From the NCBI GenBank assembly GCA_041690295.1, contig JAWLHR010000017.1, positions 1 through 64,000 of the forward strand: 64,000 bases of DNA, read 5' to 3'. Below the pieces are notes generated by a model that made no database searches, was not told the DNA's origin, and worked only from the letters and a program-made list of their open reading frames with translations. Numbering within the stretch: position 1 is the first letter of the stretch; every line of letters begins with the position of its first letter. The DNA is from Bdellovibrionales bacterium (lineage in GTDB: Bacteria; Bdellovibrionota; Bdellovibrionia; Bdellovibrionales; UBA1609). A program made the translations under genes and the position numbers. Shown here one piece after another: positions 38,011 through 46,752 of this stretch.

Positions 38011-38115
38011 CCCAATTTCGGGAACAAGAATAGATTAACAAAAACAATTTACATAAAGCATTAATATGGAAAACAATTTTGACTTACAAATGCCGATTAG
38101 ATAGAAAACCCGCAG

Positions 38116-38676
38116 ATGGCTAAGCAGCTTGCCCTTTTTAAAGATCCGCGACGAAATACGAAGCTTTGGTGGATCACAAAGCGGTCAGTTTATGGTGGAT
38201 CACTGAATTACCGGAAAGTTAAGCGGCCGTTCGATTCGAGAAAACTGACTCATATTGTTTTGAAGGCTTCGCTCGGCCGGACGATTTGGTTCACGCGATT
38301 TCAATCGCGGATTCACAAGGTGATCGATCAAGCGGCGCTGAGGTATGGAGTTAAAATCAAGGATCTCGCAATCAATCACGATCACATTCATCTGCTCACC
38401 TACACCAAGTGCCGAGAGAGTCAGATTCGCTTTCTTCGTCTAGTCAGCGCGCAAATCGGCCGAAAATATAAGAAGATCAGGGGTCACGGAAAGCTTTGGG
38501 CGGCTCGGCCGTTTACCCGGCTGGTTTCCTGGGGACGGAAGAGCGTTTTTCATGTTCAGAACTACCTTCATCAAAACCGCGCCGAGGCGACCGGGTTCGT
38601 TGAATACCGTCCGCGTCGCCACGCGATCACAAAATTCTTAGCGCAATGGAGCGCCCAGTCCTTCAGCTCAAGCTGA
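38116..38676 (+). mobile_element. RAYT-like / IS200-superfamily Y1 HUH endonuclease (transposase)
   Basis: THIVLK, NHDHIHLL (HUH), LWAARPFTRLV and NYLHQN (catalytic Tyr); flanked by repeats; no tnpB. Confidence 0.8.
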
Positions 38677-39019
38677 CGGAACACGTCTCGGGAATCCGCC
38701 TCGAGCTGACGGAACACATGCCGGACCACAGATCAAGTTGAATGCAAACGCACGTCGGGAATCAATAATACAAATCGCTTGTTCAAAGACGCAGCTTAAG
38801 AAGCAAAACCAAAAGCCACGTCGAGAAACAATTTTGGCAAGAGTAAAAGACGTGCCTGGATCAAATTACGCCATCGAGTCGAGGCCCGGGAAGAAACTGA
38901 GCCGGGCCGTCGATATGAACAATCTGATATTCGTTGAATCATGCCGCCTAAAGCGCCAAAGCGTGACGCGAAACCGGCGAAGCGGGGTGACTGTGGCAAG
39001 CGATGGCGCCCCCCGGAGA

Positions 39020-39436
39020 TCAGTCGCTCACGCCGCGGATGATTTCGATCAAGGCGTTCAAGGCGTCGGTGGCGGTGAAGATGCCGTAGAGTTCGTCGTT
39101 CTCGTCCAGGACGATGGCGCTGCCGATTTTCTTTTCGGACATTTCATAGGCCACGTTGTCCATGGGTGTGTCCGCGCTCACCGTGAAAGGTTCTTTTTTC
39201 ATGATGTCGGAGGCGCGAATCATGGACTTTTCTTCAAAGCTTAGTCCTTGAATCACCCGCACGTCGCGATCACTGACGATGCCCGTGACTTTACTTCCCT
39301 TCGTGATCGGAATGTGCCGAACACCATGTTCCTGCATGAGTGCAATCAATTGTTCCATGGTGGCGTTCTCATCCGCCGTAACCGGATTCGGTGTCGTAAA
39401 TTCTTCAACCGGCAACTTGTGTCTGACCTTTGGCAT
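39020..39436 (-). CDS. CBS-pair domain protein (AcuB-like)
   Basis: GVRHIPI...GIVSDRD and IGSAIV...GIFTATD; ATG 39436 with GGAGG SD. Confidence 0.85.
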   Translation of the reverse strand: MPKVRHKLPVEEFTTPNPVTADENATMEQLIALMQEHGVRHIPITKGSKVTGIVSDRDVRVIQGLSFEEKSMIRASDIMKKEPFTVSADTPMDNVAYEMSEKKIGSAIVLDENDELYGIFTATDALNALIEIIRGVSD

Positions 39437-39480
39437 AAATGCTCCTCCGAGCGGGTTTACCACGACTCTTATACACTCTC

Positions 39481-40752
39481 TTATCCCCCCGAACACCAGA
39501 AACTTCTTCTGAGCTCATCGCGCCATTTAGGGTGAGCGATCTCAATCAAGGCTTTAGCACGCTCGCCGACGGTTTTCCCGGTTAAGTCGGCGATTCCATA
39601 TTCCGTAACGACGAATCGAATGTGCGCACGGGTGGTCACCACGCCGGCCCCTTCGCGCAGCGTGCCGACAATCTTGGACTCGCCGGATTTAGTTGTGCTG
39701 GTCATCGCGATAATGGGCTTTCCTCCGGCGGACATCGCGGCTCCCCGCATGAAATCCATCTGCCCGCCCACCCCGGAAATAATCCGGGGCCCAATTGAAT
39801 CGGCGCACACTTGACCGCTCAAATCCACTTCCACCGCCGAGTTGATCGCCACCACTTTCGGATTCCTCGCGATCACGGCCGGATTGTTAACGTAATCCAC
39901 TTCCAGCTGAATGACCTCGGGATTGTCATGGATAAAGTCATAAACATCCCGACTGCCGAGAATAAAAGTTGAAACCGTTTTACCCGCATGAACCTTCTTT
40001 CGCGAGTTATCCACGGCGCCGCTTTTGATCAGCTTCAATACGCCGTCGGACCACATCTCGGTATGAATTCCCAGGTTTTTATGATGAATCAACTCACCCG
40101 CCACCGCATTCGGAATCGCGCCGATTCCCATTTGTAAAGTGGAACCGTCTTCAATTAACGAGGCCACATTCCTGGCGATCGCCAACTCTTCCTCGGTCGG
40201 CGGCTTTGGTTTTTGTTCCGGCAAGGGGTCGTCCACCTCAACCGCGCGATCAATGTCCTTAATGGAAACGAACCCATCACCATGCACTTTCGGCATTCGC
40301 GGATTCACTTGGGCGATAACCTTTTTGGCCGCGCGAACCGCGGCGCGCGCCACGTCCACACTGACTCCCAAGTTGCAATGCCCGAATCTATCCGGAGGAG
40401 ACACATGGATGATCGCCACATCCAGAGGACGGGTTCCCGATTCAAACAGCCACGGAATTTCCGACAAAAAACACGGCAGGTAGTCCACCCGATCGTAATC
40501 GATCAAACGTCTGACATTCGCGCCGAGAAATAAATTGGTGACTTTGAAACTTTTCGCGAACTCTGGCTGAGCATAACGTGCCGGTCCCTCGGTATGAAGG
40601 TGGATCATCTCCACGTCGGTGAGCCGGCCCGCTTCATCTTCCAACGAGCGCAAAAGCCGGTTGGGAGTGGCCGCGGCGCCATGAACGAACACCGAATCAC
40701 CTGACTCAATCAGCGAAAGTGCCTCGGAAGGCGAAGAAAATTGCAAACTCAT
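39481..40752 (-). CDS. Acetyl-CoA hydrolase/transferase family (4-hydroxybutyrate CoA-transferase-like)
   Basis: LQMGIGAIP, LGIHTEM, SGVGGQMDF and VVTEYG. Confidence 0.9.
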   Translation of the reverse strand: MSLQFSSPSEALSLIESGDSVFVHGAAATPNRLLRSLEDEAGRLTDVEMIHLHTEGPARYAQPEFAKSFKVTNLFLGANVRRLIDYDRVDYLPCFLSEIPWLFESGTRPLDVAIIHVSPPDRFGHCNLGVSVDVARAAVRAAKKVIAQVNPRMPKVHGDGFVSIKDIDRAVEVDDPLPEQKPKPPTEEELAIARNVASLIEDGSTLQMGIGAIPNAVAGELIHHKNLGIHTEMWSDGVLKLIKSGAVDNSRKKVHAGKTVSTFILGSRDVYDFIHDNPEVIQLEVDYVNNPAVIARNPKVVAINSAVEVDLSGQVCADSIGPRIISGVGGQMDFMRGAAMSAGGKPIIAMTSTTKSGESKIVGTLREGAGVVTTRAHIRFVVTEYGIADLTGKTVGERAKALIEIAHPKWRDELRRSFWCSGG

Positions 40753-40758
40753 CTGAGT

Positions 40759-41643
40759 CTAAACCTGAACCCATTCCCCGGGATCTTGTCGTATCGAAGA
40801 CTCCGGACCCGTGAGGAGTTCCTGCAAATCACTCGGCAATTGTCGCCAAGTGTGGCGAAGCTGCTCCCGATCCCCATATTTCATCATCAGTTCCCATAAT
40901 TTTCGGGTTTCCAGTTGGACACCCTCTGGTGGAATTTGCAGCTTTTCCGCCGCCTCACGGATCACACTCTGCGCGGTGATCGATCGGTCCGGGCCGGTGG
41001 CGAAATCAAACAACTGCACCTGAAAGTCATAAGGAAGCTGCAGTATAAATTGTACAGCCGCTGAGTAATTTAGTCTCCGGGCGATCGAGAGAAAGACAAA
41101 ATGGGCGAATTCCTCGGCCGCCTCCTCCGTGGTGTTCAGTTTGTTGGCGAGTTCCTTCACGAATTGAATGGACGCTTCACTGGATTCGGTTGATTTCGTG
41201 CGACCGTAACGCCTTGAAACCTGTCCCCTGACAATGGCCTTCAGTTTTTCCGGGCTGATCTCCCCCGCCATTATGAGATCGTCCAACGAAACCAATCCCA
41301 CACAGCGCTCACGTCCCGCCTTGATCGGACGCAATACCGGAATCCGGCGGATCCCATATTCGGCCATTAATTCAATCACTTCGTCGATATTGGAATTTTC
41401 CAGCACGGAAGCCAGTTCCGAGGTCATAATTTCCCGCAAAGGAGTGACTGGCGACAAACCGCCCGCGACAAGCCGAAGGGCGATGTCCCGATCCGTCACT
41501 ATTCCCGTCATACGGCCATCGGCATCCGACACAACCACACAGCCGATCCCATGATTGGCCATCGCTTTTGTGGCCTGAAAGGCGCTATCGGTTTCGTGGA
41601 GGACAACAATTTTTCTATTGATAAAAGGTTCAAGTGATCTCAT
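40759..41643 (-). CDS. CBS-pair protein fused to a DUF2267-like helical domain
   Basis: GIVTDRDI and GIRRIPV CBS repeats; C-terminal QLP.D repeats; start uncertain (41643-41661). Confidence 0.7.
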   Translation of the reverse strand: MRSLEPFINRKIVVLHETDSAFQATKAMANHGIGCVVVSDADGRMTGIVTDRDIALRLVAGGLSPVTPLREIMTSELASVLENSNIDEVIELMAEYGIRRIPVLRPIKAGRERCVGLVSLDDLIMAGEISPEKLKAIVRGQVSRRYGRTKSTESSEASIQFVKELANKLNTTEEAAEEFAHFVFLSIARRLNYSAAVQFILQLPYDFQVQLFDFATGPDRSITAQSVIREAAEKLQIPPEGVQLETRKLWELMMKYGDREQLRHTWRQLPSDLQELLTGPESSIRQDPGEWVQV

Positions 41644-41666
41644 GCCCATCACAATCTGCAATGGAC

Positions 41667-41721
41667 AGGCCGTTCCCTTTCAGGATGCATTGCATCCTGA
41701 AAGGGAACGGCCTACCTTTTA
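41667..41721. repeat. REPIN-like perfect inverted doublet of the GTAG repeat
   Basis: AGGCCGTTCCCTTTCAGGATGCA (41667-41689), a single T, then its exact reverse complement (41691-41713); overlaps the glpK stop codon. Confidence 0.85.
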
Positions 41722-43206
41722 CCGGACACGGGAGATGGCGCGGTGCCATTCGTTGAGTTTAACTTTGCGGGCGGCGGAACTCAGGGATGGTTTAAACTGC
41801 TGATCCAAGGCCCAAATCTTTCTTAGCTCCTTTAGATCGTTCCAATACCCGACGCCAAGTCCGGCCAAAAATGCCGCGCCCATCACGGTGGATTCTGTTT
41901 GAGATGGGCGCTCAACCGGAGTGCCCAGAAAGTCCGCTTGCATCTGCATGAGGAGATTATTGTGAACGGCGCCGCCATCCACCCGCACGCCCGCCAACCG
42001 ACGCCCCAAATCCTTTTCCATAGCCAAGAGTATGTCCACGTTCTGCAAAGCCATGGCCTCCAAAGTGGCTCGCGCGATATGGGCGCGACCCGAACCGCGG
42101 GTCAGCCCCACGATCGCACCACGGGCCTCGGGATCCCAGTAAGGCGCGCCCAATCCCACAAAGGCTGGAATTAAGTAAACACCATCGGTGCTCGGGACTT
42201 GATTGGCCAACTCCTCGATGTCGCGGCTATTGGCGAAAAATTTCATTTCATCGCGCAACCATTGCACGGCCGCGCCGCAAATGAACGCGCCCCCTTCTAG
42301 GGCATAGGTGAGTTTCTTATCCCCTTCAAGCTGCCAAGCCACCGTCGTCAGCAAGCCCGACTTGGAAGAAACCATTTTATTCCCGGTATTCATCAACAAA
42401 AATGAGCCCGTGCCAAACGTGCACTTGGACATGCCGGTCTCAAAGCAAGCCTGACCGAACAATGCCGCCTGTTGGTCGCCCGCGATCCCCGCGATGGGAG
42501 TTCCATCCGGTATTCCCGGAACGCCTAATGTGGCACCAAATATCCCGCTCGATGGCGCGATTTCGGGTAAAATTGTCTCAGGCACGTCAAAAACGCGCAA
42601 AAGCTCCGGATCCCATTGACCGGTTTTTATGTTCATCAACTGGGTTCTTGAGGCGTTCGACACATCGGTTTTGTGCACGACCCCGCCCGAAAGGCGCCAA
42701 AGCAGGTAAGCGTCTATGGTTCCCGTCTTCAATTCACCGGCCTTGGCCCGCGCCCTCGCTCCTTTCACATTGTCCAGCAACCATCGGATCTTTGATCCTG
42801 AGAAGTAGGGATCGATCACCAATCCCGTTTTTTTGCGAATGACCTTGGCCTTCGCGCTTTTTTTGAGTTTGTTGCAAAACTCAGTGGTGCGACGGCACTG
42901 CCACACGATCGCGTTGTAAACCGGTTTGGCGTCCCGCTTGTCCCACAACACCACCGTCTCACGCTGATTGGTGATCCCGATCGCGGCGACTTGCGGCCCT
43001 TGAATTCCCGCTTTTTGCAAACACTCGGAGATGCCTTCAATCACTGATTTCCAAATCGCTTCGGGATCATGTTCCACCCAACCCGCCTGCGGATAAATTT
43101 GCGGATGCTCCTTATTGACGGAGGCCAGCATTCGCGCTTGGTGGTTGAGAACGCACACCGTGGTACCCGTGGTTCCTTGATCGATCGCGAGAATAAACTT
43201 TTCCAT
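41719..43206 (-). CDS. glpK: Glycerol kinase
   Basis: AIDQGTTGT, GITNQRET, TDVSNASRT, GDQQAALFG and RVDGG. Confidence 0.97.
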   Translation of the reverse strand: MEKFILAIDQGTTGTTVCVLNHQARMLASVNKEHPQIYPQAGWVEHDPEAIWKSVIEGISECLQKAGIQGPQVAAIGITNQRETVVLWDKRDAKPVYNAIVWQCRRTTEFCNKLKKSAKAKVIRKKTGLVIDPYFSGSKIRWLLDNVKGARARAKAGELKTGTIDAYLLWRLSGGVVHKTDVSNASRTQLMNIKTGQWDPELLRVFDVPETILPEIAPSSGIFGATLGVPGIPDGTPIAGIAGDQQAALFGQACFETGMSKCTFGTGSFLLMNTGNKMVSSKSGLLTTVAWQLEGDKKLTYALEGGAFICGAAVQWLRDEMKFFANSRDIEELANQVPSTDGVYLIPAFVGLGAPYWDPEARGAIVGLTRGSGRAHIARATLEAMALQNVDILLAMEKDLGRRLAGVRVDGGAVHNNLLMQMQADFLGTPVERPSQTESTVMGAAFLAGLGVGYWNDLKELRKIWALDQQFKPSLSSAARKVKLNEWHRAISRVR

Positions 43207-43246
43207 ACTTGACCCTTAGCTTTGGCGAACTTGTAAAATAAACTCT

Positions 43247-44065
43247 ATGGACATACTTTCAAACAAAAAAACCGTGTATGGTCCACAGAGTATGCGAAAG
43301 CTCTTTCAGATCAAGTCCGAAGAAATTTTGGATCACCTGCTAAGCGCCGATCGGGACACGGTGCTCTACAAAATCCTGCCGCATTTTTTTATGGAGCTGA
43401 TGAAAACCTATTTTCGCGTGCAGGTGGAAGGCGCTGACAATCTTCCGCGCCGGGGCCGCGCGCTGATCGTGCCCAATCACTCGGGTGTTTCCGGATTTGA
43501 CGCCATGGTTTTGCATCATGAAATCACCCGCGCGATCGGCCGGTATCCTCGCGTGCTCACCCATCACTTGTGGTTTTTAACCAAGACCACGGCGATTCCC
43601 GCGCAACGGCTCGGCTTCATCGAAGCCAGTCTGGAGAATGGAGTTCGTTGCCTCGAAAAGAATCAGCTTGTGGTGCTGTTTCCCGAGGGCGAATACGGCA
43701 ACTTCAAACCTTCATCAAAGGCTTATCAACTTCAAGAATTCAAACGCGGTTTCATTCGCATGGCTCTATTGACTCAATCCCCGATCATTCCCACCCTCAT
43801 TATCGGGGCCGAAGAAACCCATGTGAATCTCAGCCGGCTCAAGCTCACGAAATTCCTGCGTGGAGTGGTCCTGCCGCTTCCGCTCAATGTGATCCCGCTG
43901 CCGTCCAAATGGAAGATCATTTTCATGGATCCCATTCGTCTTCCCTATGCGAAAAGCGCCGCCAAAGACCGGGATCTGGTGCGCGAACTCGCCGCCGATC
44001 TGCAAGATAAAATGCAAGAGCGCTTGAATGCCGAGTTGTCACGCAGGGACTCGGTTTTTATCTGA
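43247..44065 (+). CDS. Lysophospholipid acyltransferase (PlsC/MGAT-like)
   Basis: PNHSG...D and LFPEG motifs; divergent from glpK. Confidence 0.85.
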   Translation: MDILSNKKTVYGPQSMRKLFQIKSEEILDHLLSADRDTVLYKILPHFFMELMKTYFRVQVEGADNLPRRGRALIVPNHSGVSGFDAMVLHHEITRAIGRYPRVLTHHLWFLTKTTAIPAQRLGFIEASLENGVRCLEKNQLVVLFPEGEYGNFKPSSKAYQLQEFKRGFIRMALLTQSPIIPTLIIGAEETHVNLSRLKLTKFLRGVVLPLPLNVIPLPSKWKIIFMDPIRLPYAKSAAKDRDLVRELAADLQDKMQERLNAELSRRDSVFI

Positions 44066-44067
44066 GT

Positions 44068-44304
44068 TTATTGTGTGCCGTCGACGGGCATCAGGTCATC
44101 CGCCGTATCTTCTCCGATGAGTTTGATCATATCGACCCATTTTTGCACCAAAAAACCGGGGCTGTCGGGATTCCGGCTGACAACAGTGGTCGTGATCAGC
44201 GCGGCTATACTCACGCCGACCACCAACAAAAGGACGTACTCCACCACAATTTGACCGCGCGATGCGCCCGAGCTAATGTTTTTTGATGAGCACCCGTAAG
44301 CCAT
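44068..44304 (-). CDS. Flp/TadE-like small pilin
   Basis: SRG|QIVVEYVLLLVVGV class III signal with the EY motif. Confidence 0.65.
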   Translation of the reverse strand: MAYGCSSKNISSGASRGQIVVEYVLLLVVGVSIAALITTTVVSRNPDSPGFLVQKWVDMIKLIGEDTADDLMPVDGTQ

Positions 44305-44921
44305 CTAAGGAATTATCCCCCCAAAAAACTCGAAAAGTCATGATGGTGTTCGCCTTCGCCATCGCCGGCCTGCTTGGCTTGGCGATCTTCAGTTTATCAA
44401 AACTCAATGTGTCGCCGTGGTCAGCCTCTCTGGACAGCGTCACCATCACTGAATCTGATCGGAAGAATCTGCCTGAATTTGAACACGAGGAGCTCACCCG
44501 CCTTCTGAATTCGGCCACAGGCGAAAATAAATGGGTTTTACTGAGCTTTTGGTCGTACACCTGCGGGCCATGCCTGGTGGAATTGCCCACCTTGAACGCC
44601 CTGGCCCAGGCCTGGCAGGGCCCCCCTTTCCAGATCCTCACAATCAACGTGGATCCGGAAGGCTCGGATGAAATGGAAGCGGCCAAGAATTGGATTCTTG
44701 AGGAGCAAATCGCGTTGCCCACGATTTTTGACCCGCAACACACCGTCAAAACCGCGTTCAAGGTGGACGCTTACCCGACCCATTTTCTGATTTCTCCGGC
44801 CAAGGAAATCCATTGGCAAACGGTCGGCGCTTTCAATTGGAATGAGTCCGAATCACGTGATCAGCTTATCCGAGTGATGGAGCGGCAAACTCCTGAATCA
44901 CAGGCAGATCCTGAAGAATAG
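44286..44921 (+). CDS. TlpA-family membrane-anchored thiol:disulfide oxidoreductase
   Basis: N-terminal TM; LSFWSYTCGPCLVELP; AYPTHFLI. Confidence 0.85.
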   Translation: MSTRKPSKELSPQKTRKVMMVFAFAIAGLLGLAIFSLSKLNVSPWSASLDSVTITESDRKNLPEFEHEELTRLLNSATGENKWVLLSFWSYTCGPCLVELPTLNALAQAWQGPPFQILTINVDPEGSDEMEAAKNWILEEQIALPTIFDPQHTVKTAFKVDAYPTHFLISPAKEIHWQTVGAFNWNESESRDQLIRVMERQTPESQADPEE

Positions 44922-45285
44922 CCTTCACTTTATCAAAGACCCGATCAAACTGATCTTCCTGGATCGGCCCCCGAATACCCACCACATGGTCATCGCCTAA
45001 CTTAGCAGTCACCACATCATCCGGATTGCCGCCGGCAAAAGAAGATTCGAAGGCTTCCAGAGTGGGATAAAGCATTAAAAAGATGGTTTGCCCGTGTTGT
45101 TTAAAGGTCTGGCGAACCGCGGAGTATCGTTCCTTGAGAAACTGCTGCAGCATGAAGTAAAACTTCAGCGCGCTTGGCTCTTGATGTTGGGCGAAATAAA
45201 TTCGGATCGGTCCATCAAAGACAGCGGCGTTAAACGCCGGCGAATAGAACTTGGACTGCGTCAAATGCAAGACCGAATGAGCCAT
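44866..45285 (-). CDS. Hypothetical protein
   Basis: ATG with GAGGAG SD; 139 aa with plausible composition. Confidence 0.65.
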   Translation of the reverse strand: MAHSVLHLTQSKFYSPAFNAAVFDGPIRIYFAQHQEPSALKFYFMLQQFLKERYSAVRQTFKQHGQTIFLMLYPTLEAFESSFAGGNPDDVVTAKLGDDHVVGIRGPIQEDQFDRVFDKVKAILQDLPVIQEFAAPSLG

Positions 45286-45398
45286 GGTGTTGTCTCCTCA
45301 TGCTTCGTGCAAAGTTGTAACATCCGTGTATGGCACCTAGGTAAAGAGTAGAGACGGTTTCTCGGAAAAATCAAAATGTTTTTTGCATTTATTTCGCT

Positions 45399-46643
45399 TT
45401 AGACGATTTTCTCTCCGCCTTTGTATACGGAATGAACGGGATGTTCGCCAACGGAGTAAAAAAGATCCTGCCAACGCCCCTCAAAAGCACTGAAATCACA
45501 AAATTTTCCGACTGTTAGACTGCCCACTTCGTGAGCGCGGCCCAAAGCCCATGCGCCACCCAAAGTGAACGCTGTGAGCACTTCCGCAAGTTTCATCTTC
45601 ATTTCAACCCGAGCCAATACACCAACCAAGCTTAAATCCTGGGTGGGGCTGGTTCCCGGGTTAAAATCCGTACTCAACGCCACTCGCACACCGCGATCCA
45701 ACATCTCGCGGGCGGGTGGGTATTTCATTTTCAGGTAAAAGTCCGAAGCGGGAAGCAAAACGGCTGTTGTTTGCGAGCGCGAGAGCTTCGCGATGGTCTC
45801 TTCGGTGACATAGACGACATGGTCGACCGAGAGCGGTTCAAATTGCATGGCCAGCTCGGTTCCGCCGAAATCACTGAGTTGTTCCACGTGGGCGGCGATG
45901 GGAAGTCCCAATTCCCGCGCCTTGGTGAAGAATTTATGTGCGGATTCCAAATCAAAAAAGCCTTTTTCAATGTAAATATCCACCCGATCGGCCAGTTTAG
46001 CCTTGGCGATTTCAGGTAAATCCCGCTCCAGGATTTCATTCATGTATGAGGAAAGATCGGGATGGTCGGGGGAGCGCGAATGCGGTCCAAGATAGGTTTT
46101 GACAATTCGTGGGCCGCTTAAGCGCGATGCGACCTCAAGAATTTTTCGCTCGCTTTCCAGGTTCAACCCGTAACCGCTTTTGACCTCAAGAGTGGTCACA
46201 CCCTGGCGGGCGAAACGATCAGCGCGCGCTTGCGCCAAACGTTGCAATTCGTGCGCACTGGCCTCGCGGGTGGCGCGCACGGTGGAAAGAATGCCGCCAC
46301 CTTTGGCGGCGATCTCCTGGTATGTTTGCCCCTGCATCCGCCATTCAAACTCTTCGCTTCGGTTACCGGCGAAAACCAGATGAGTGTGGCATTCAACGAA
46401 ACCGGGGAGGACGGTGGCGTTCCCCAAAGAGACTGTCTTGTGATTCCCCAGCGCCCGAATTTGATCGGCTTTAAATTTCGACTTCTCCCCAACCCATTCG
46501 ATGCGGCCGTTCCGGCACACCATCAAAGCGTCACGAATAATGCCTAAATCTTCATCTGTGACATTCCGTGCGCCACCTTTTTCAGCACCAGACATGCTGA
46601 GCAACTCAGCGATTTCCTCAAAGACATAGGCGGATTCTTGCAT
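45399..46643 (-). CDS. hutI: Imidazolonepropionase
   Basis: PGFVECHTHLVFAG, GGGILSTVRATR, EVKSGYGL and STDFNPG. Confidence 0.95.
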   Translation of the reverse strand: MQESAYVFEEIAELLSMSGAEKGGARNVTDEDLGIIRDALMVCRNGRIEWVGEKSKFKADQIRALGNHKTVSLGNATVLPGFVECHTHLVFAGNRSEEFEWRMQGQTYQEIAAKGGGILSTVRATREASAHELQRLAQARADRFARQGVTTLEVKSGYGLNLESERKILEVASRLSGPRIVKTYLGPHSRSPDHPDLSSYMNEILERDLPEIAKAKLADRVDIYIEKGFFDLESAHKFFTKARELGLPIAAHVEQLSDFGGTELAMQFEPLSVDHVVYVTEETIAKLSRSQTTAVLLPASDFYLKMKYPPAREMLDRGVRVALSTDFNPGTSPTQDLSLVGVLARVEMKMKLAEVLTAFTLGGAWALGRAHEVGSLTVGKFCDFSAFEGRWQDLFYSVGEHPVHSVYKGGEKIV

Positions 46644-46752
46644 AAATTTCCGGTTACCTTCGCGTCACACAATAGAACTTTTTTAATTTTATGCCCATCA
46701 TTTCAAGTTTCAGGCTCGCCCTGTATACACTTCGCGTTAGGGGGGAATACCT

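Noticed and set aside
38116..39020. IS605/IS607 element with TnpB
   Set aside because: No RuvC or zinc-finger ORF follows; ORF 38738..39244 is largely antisense to the CBS gene and shows no motifs
41667..41713. Integron attC site
   Set aside because: It is a perfect palindrome without RYYYAAC/GTTRRRY ends or extrahelical bases, and there is no integrase
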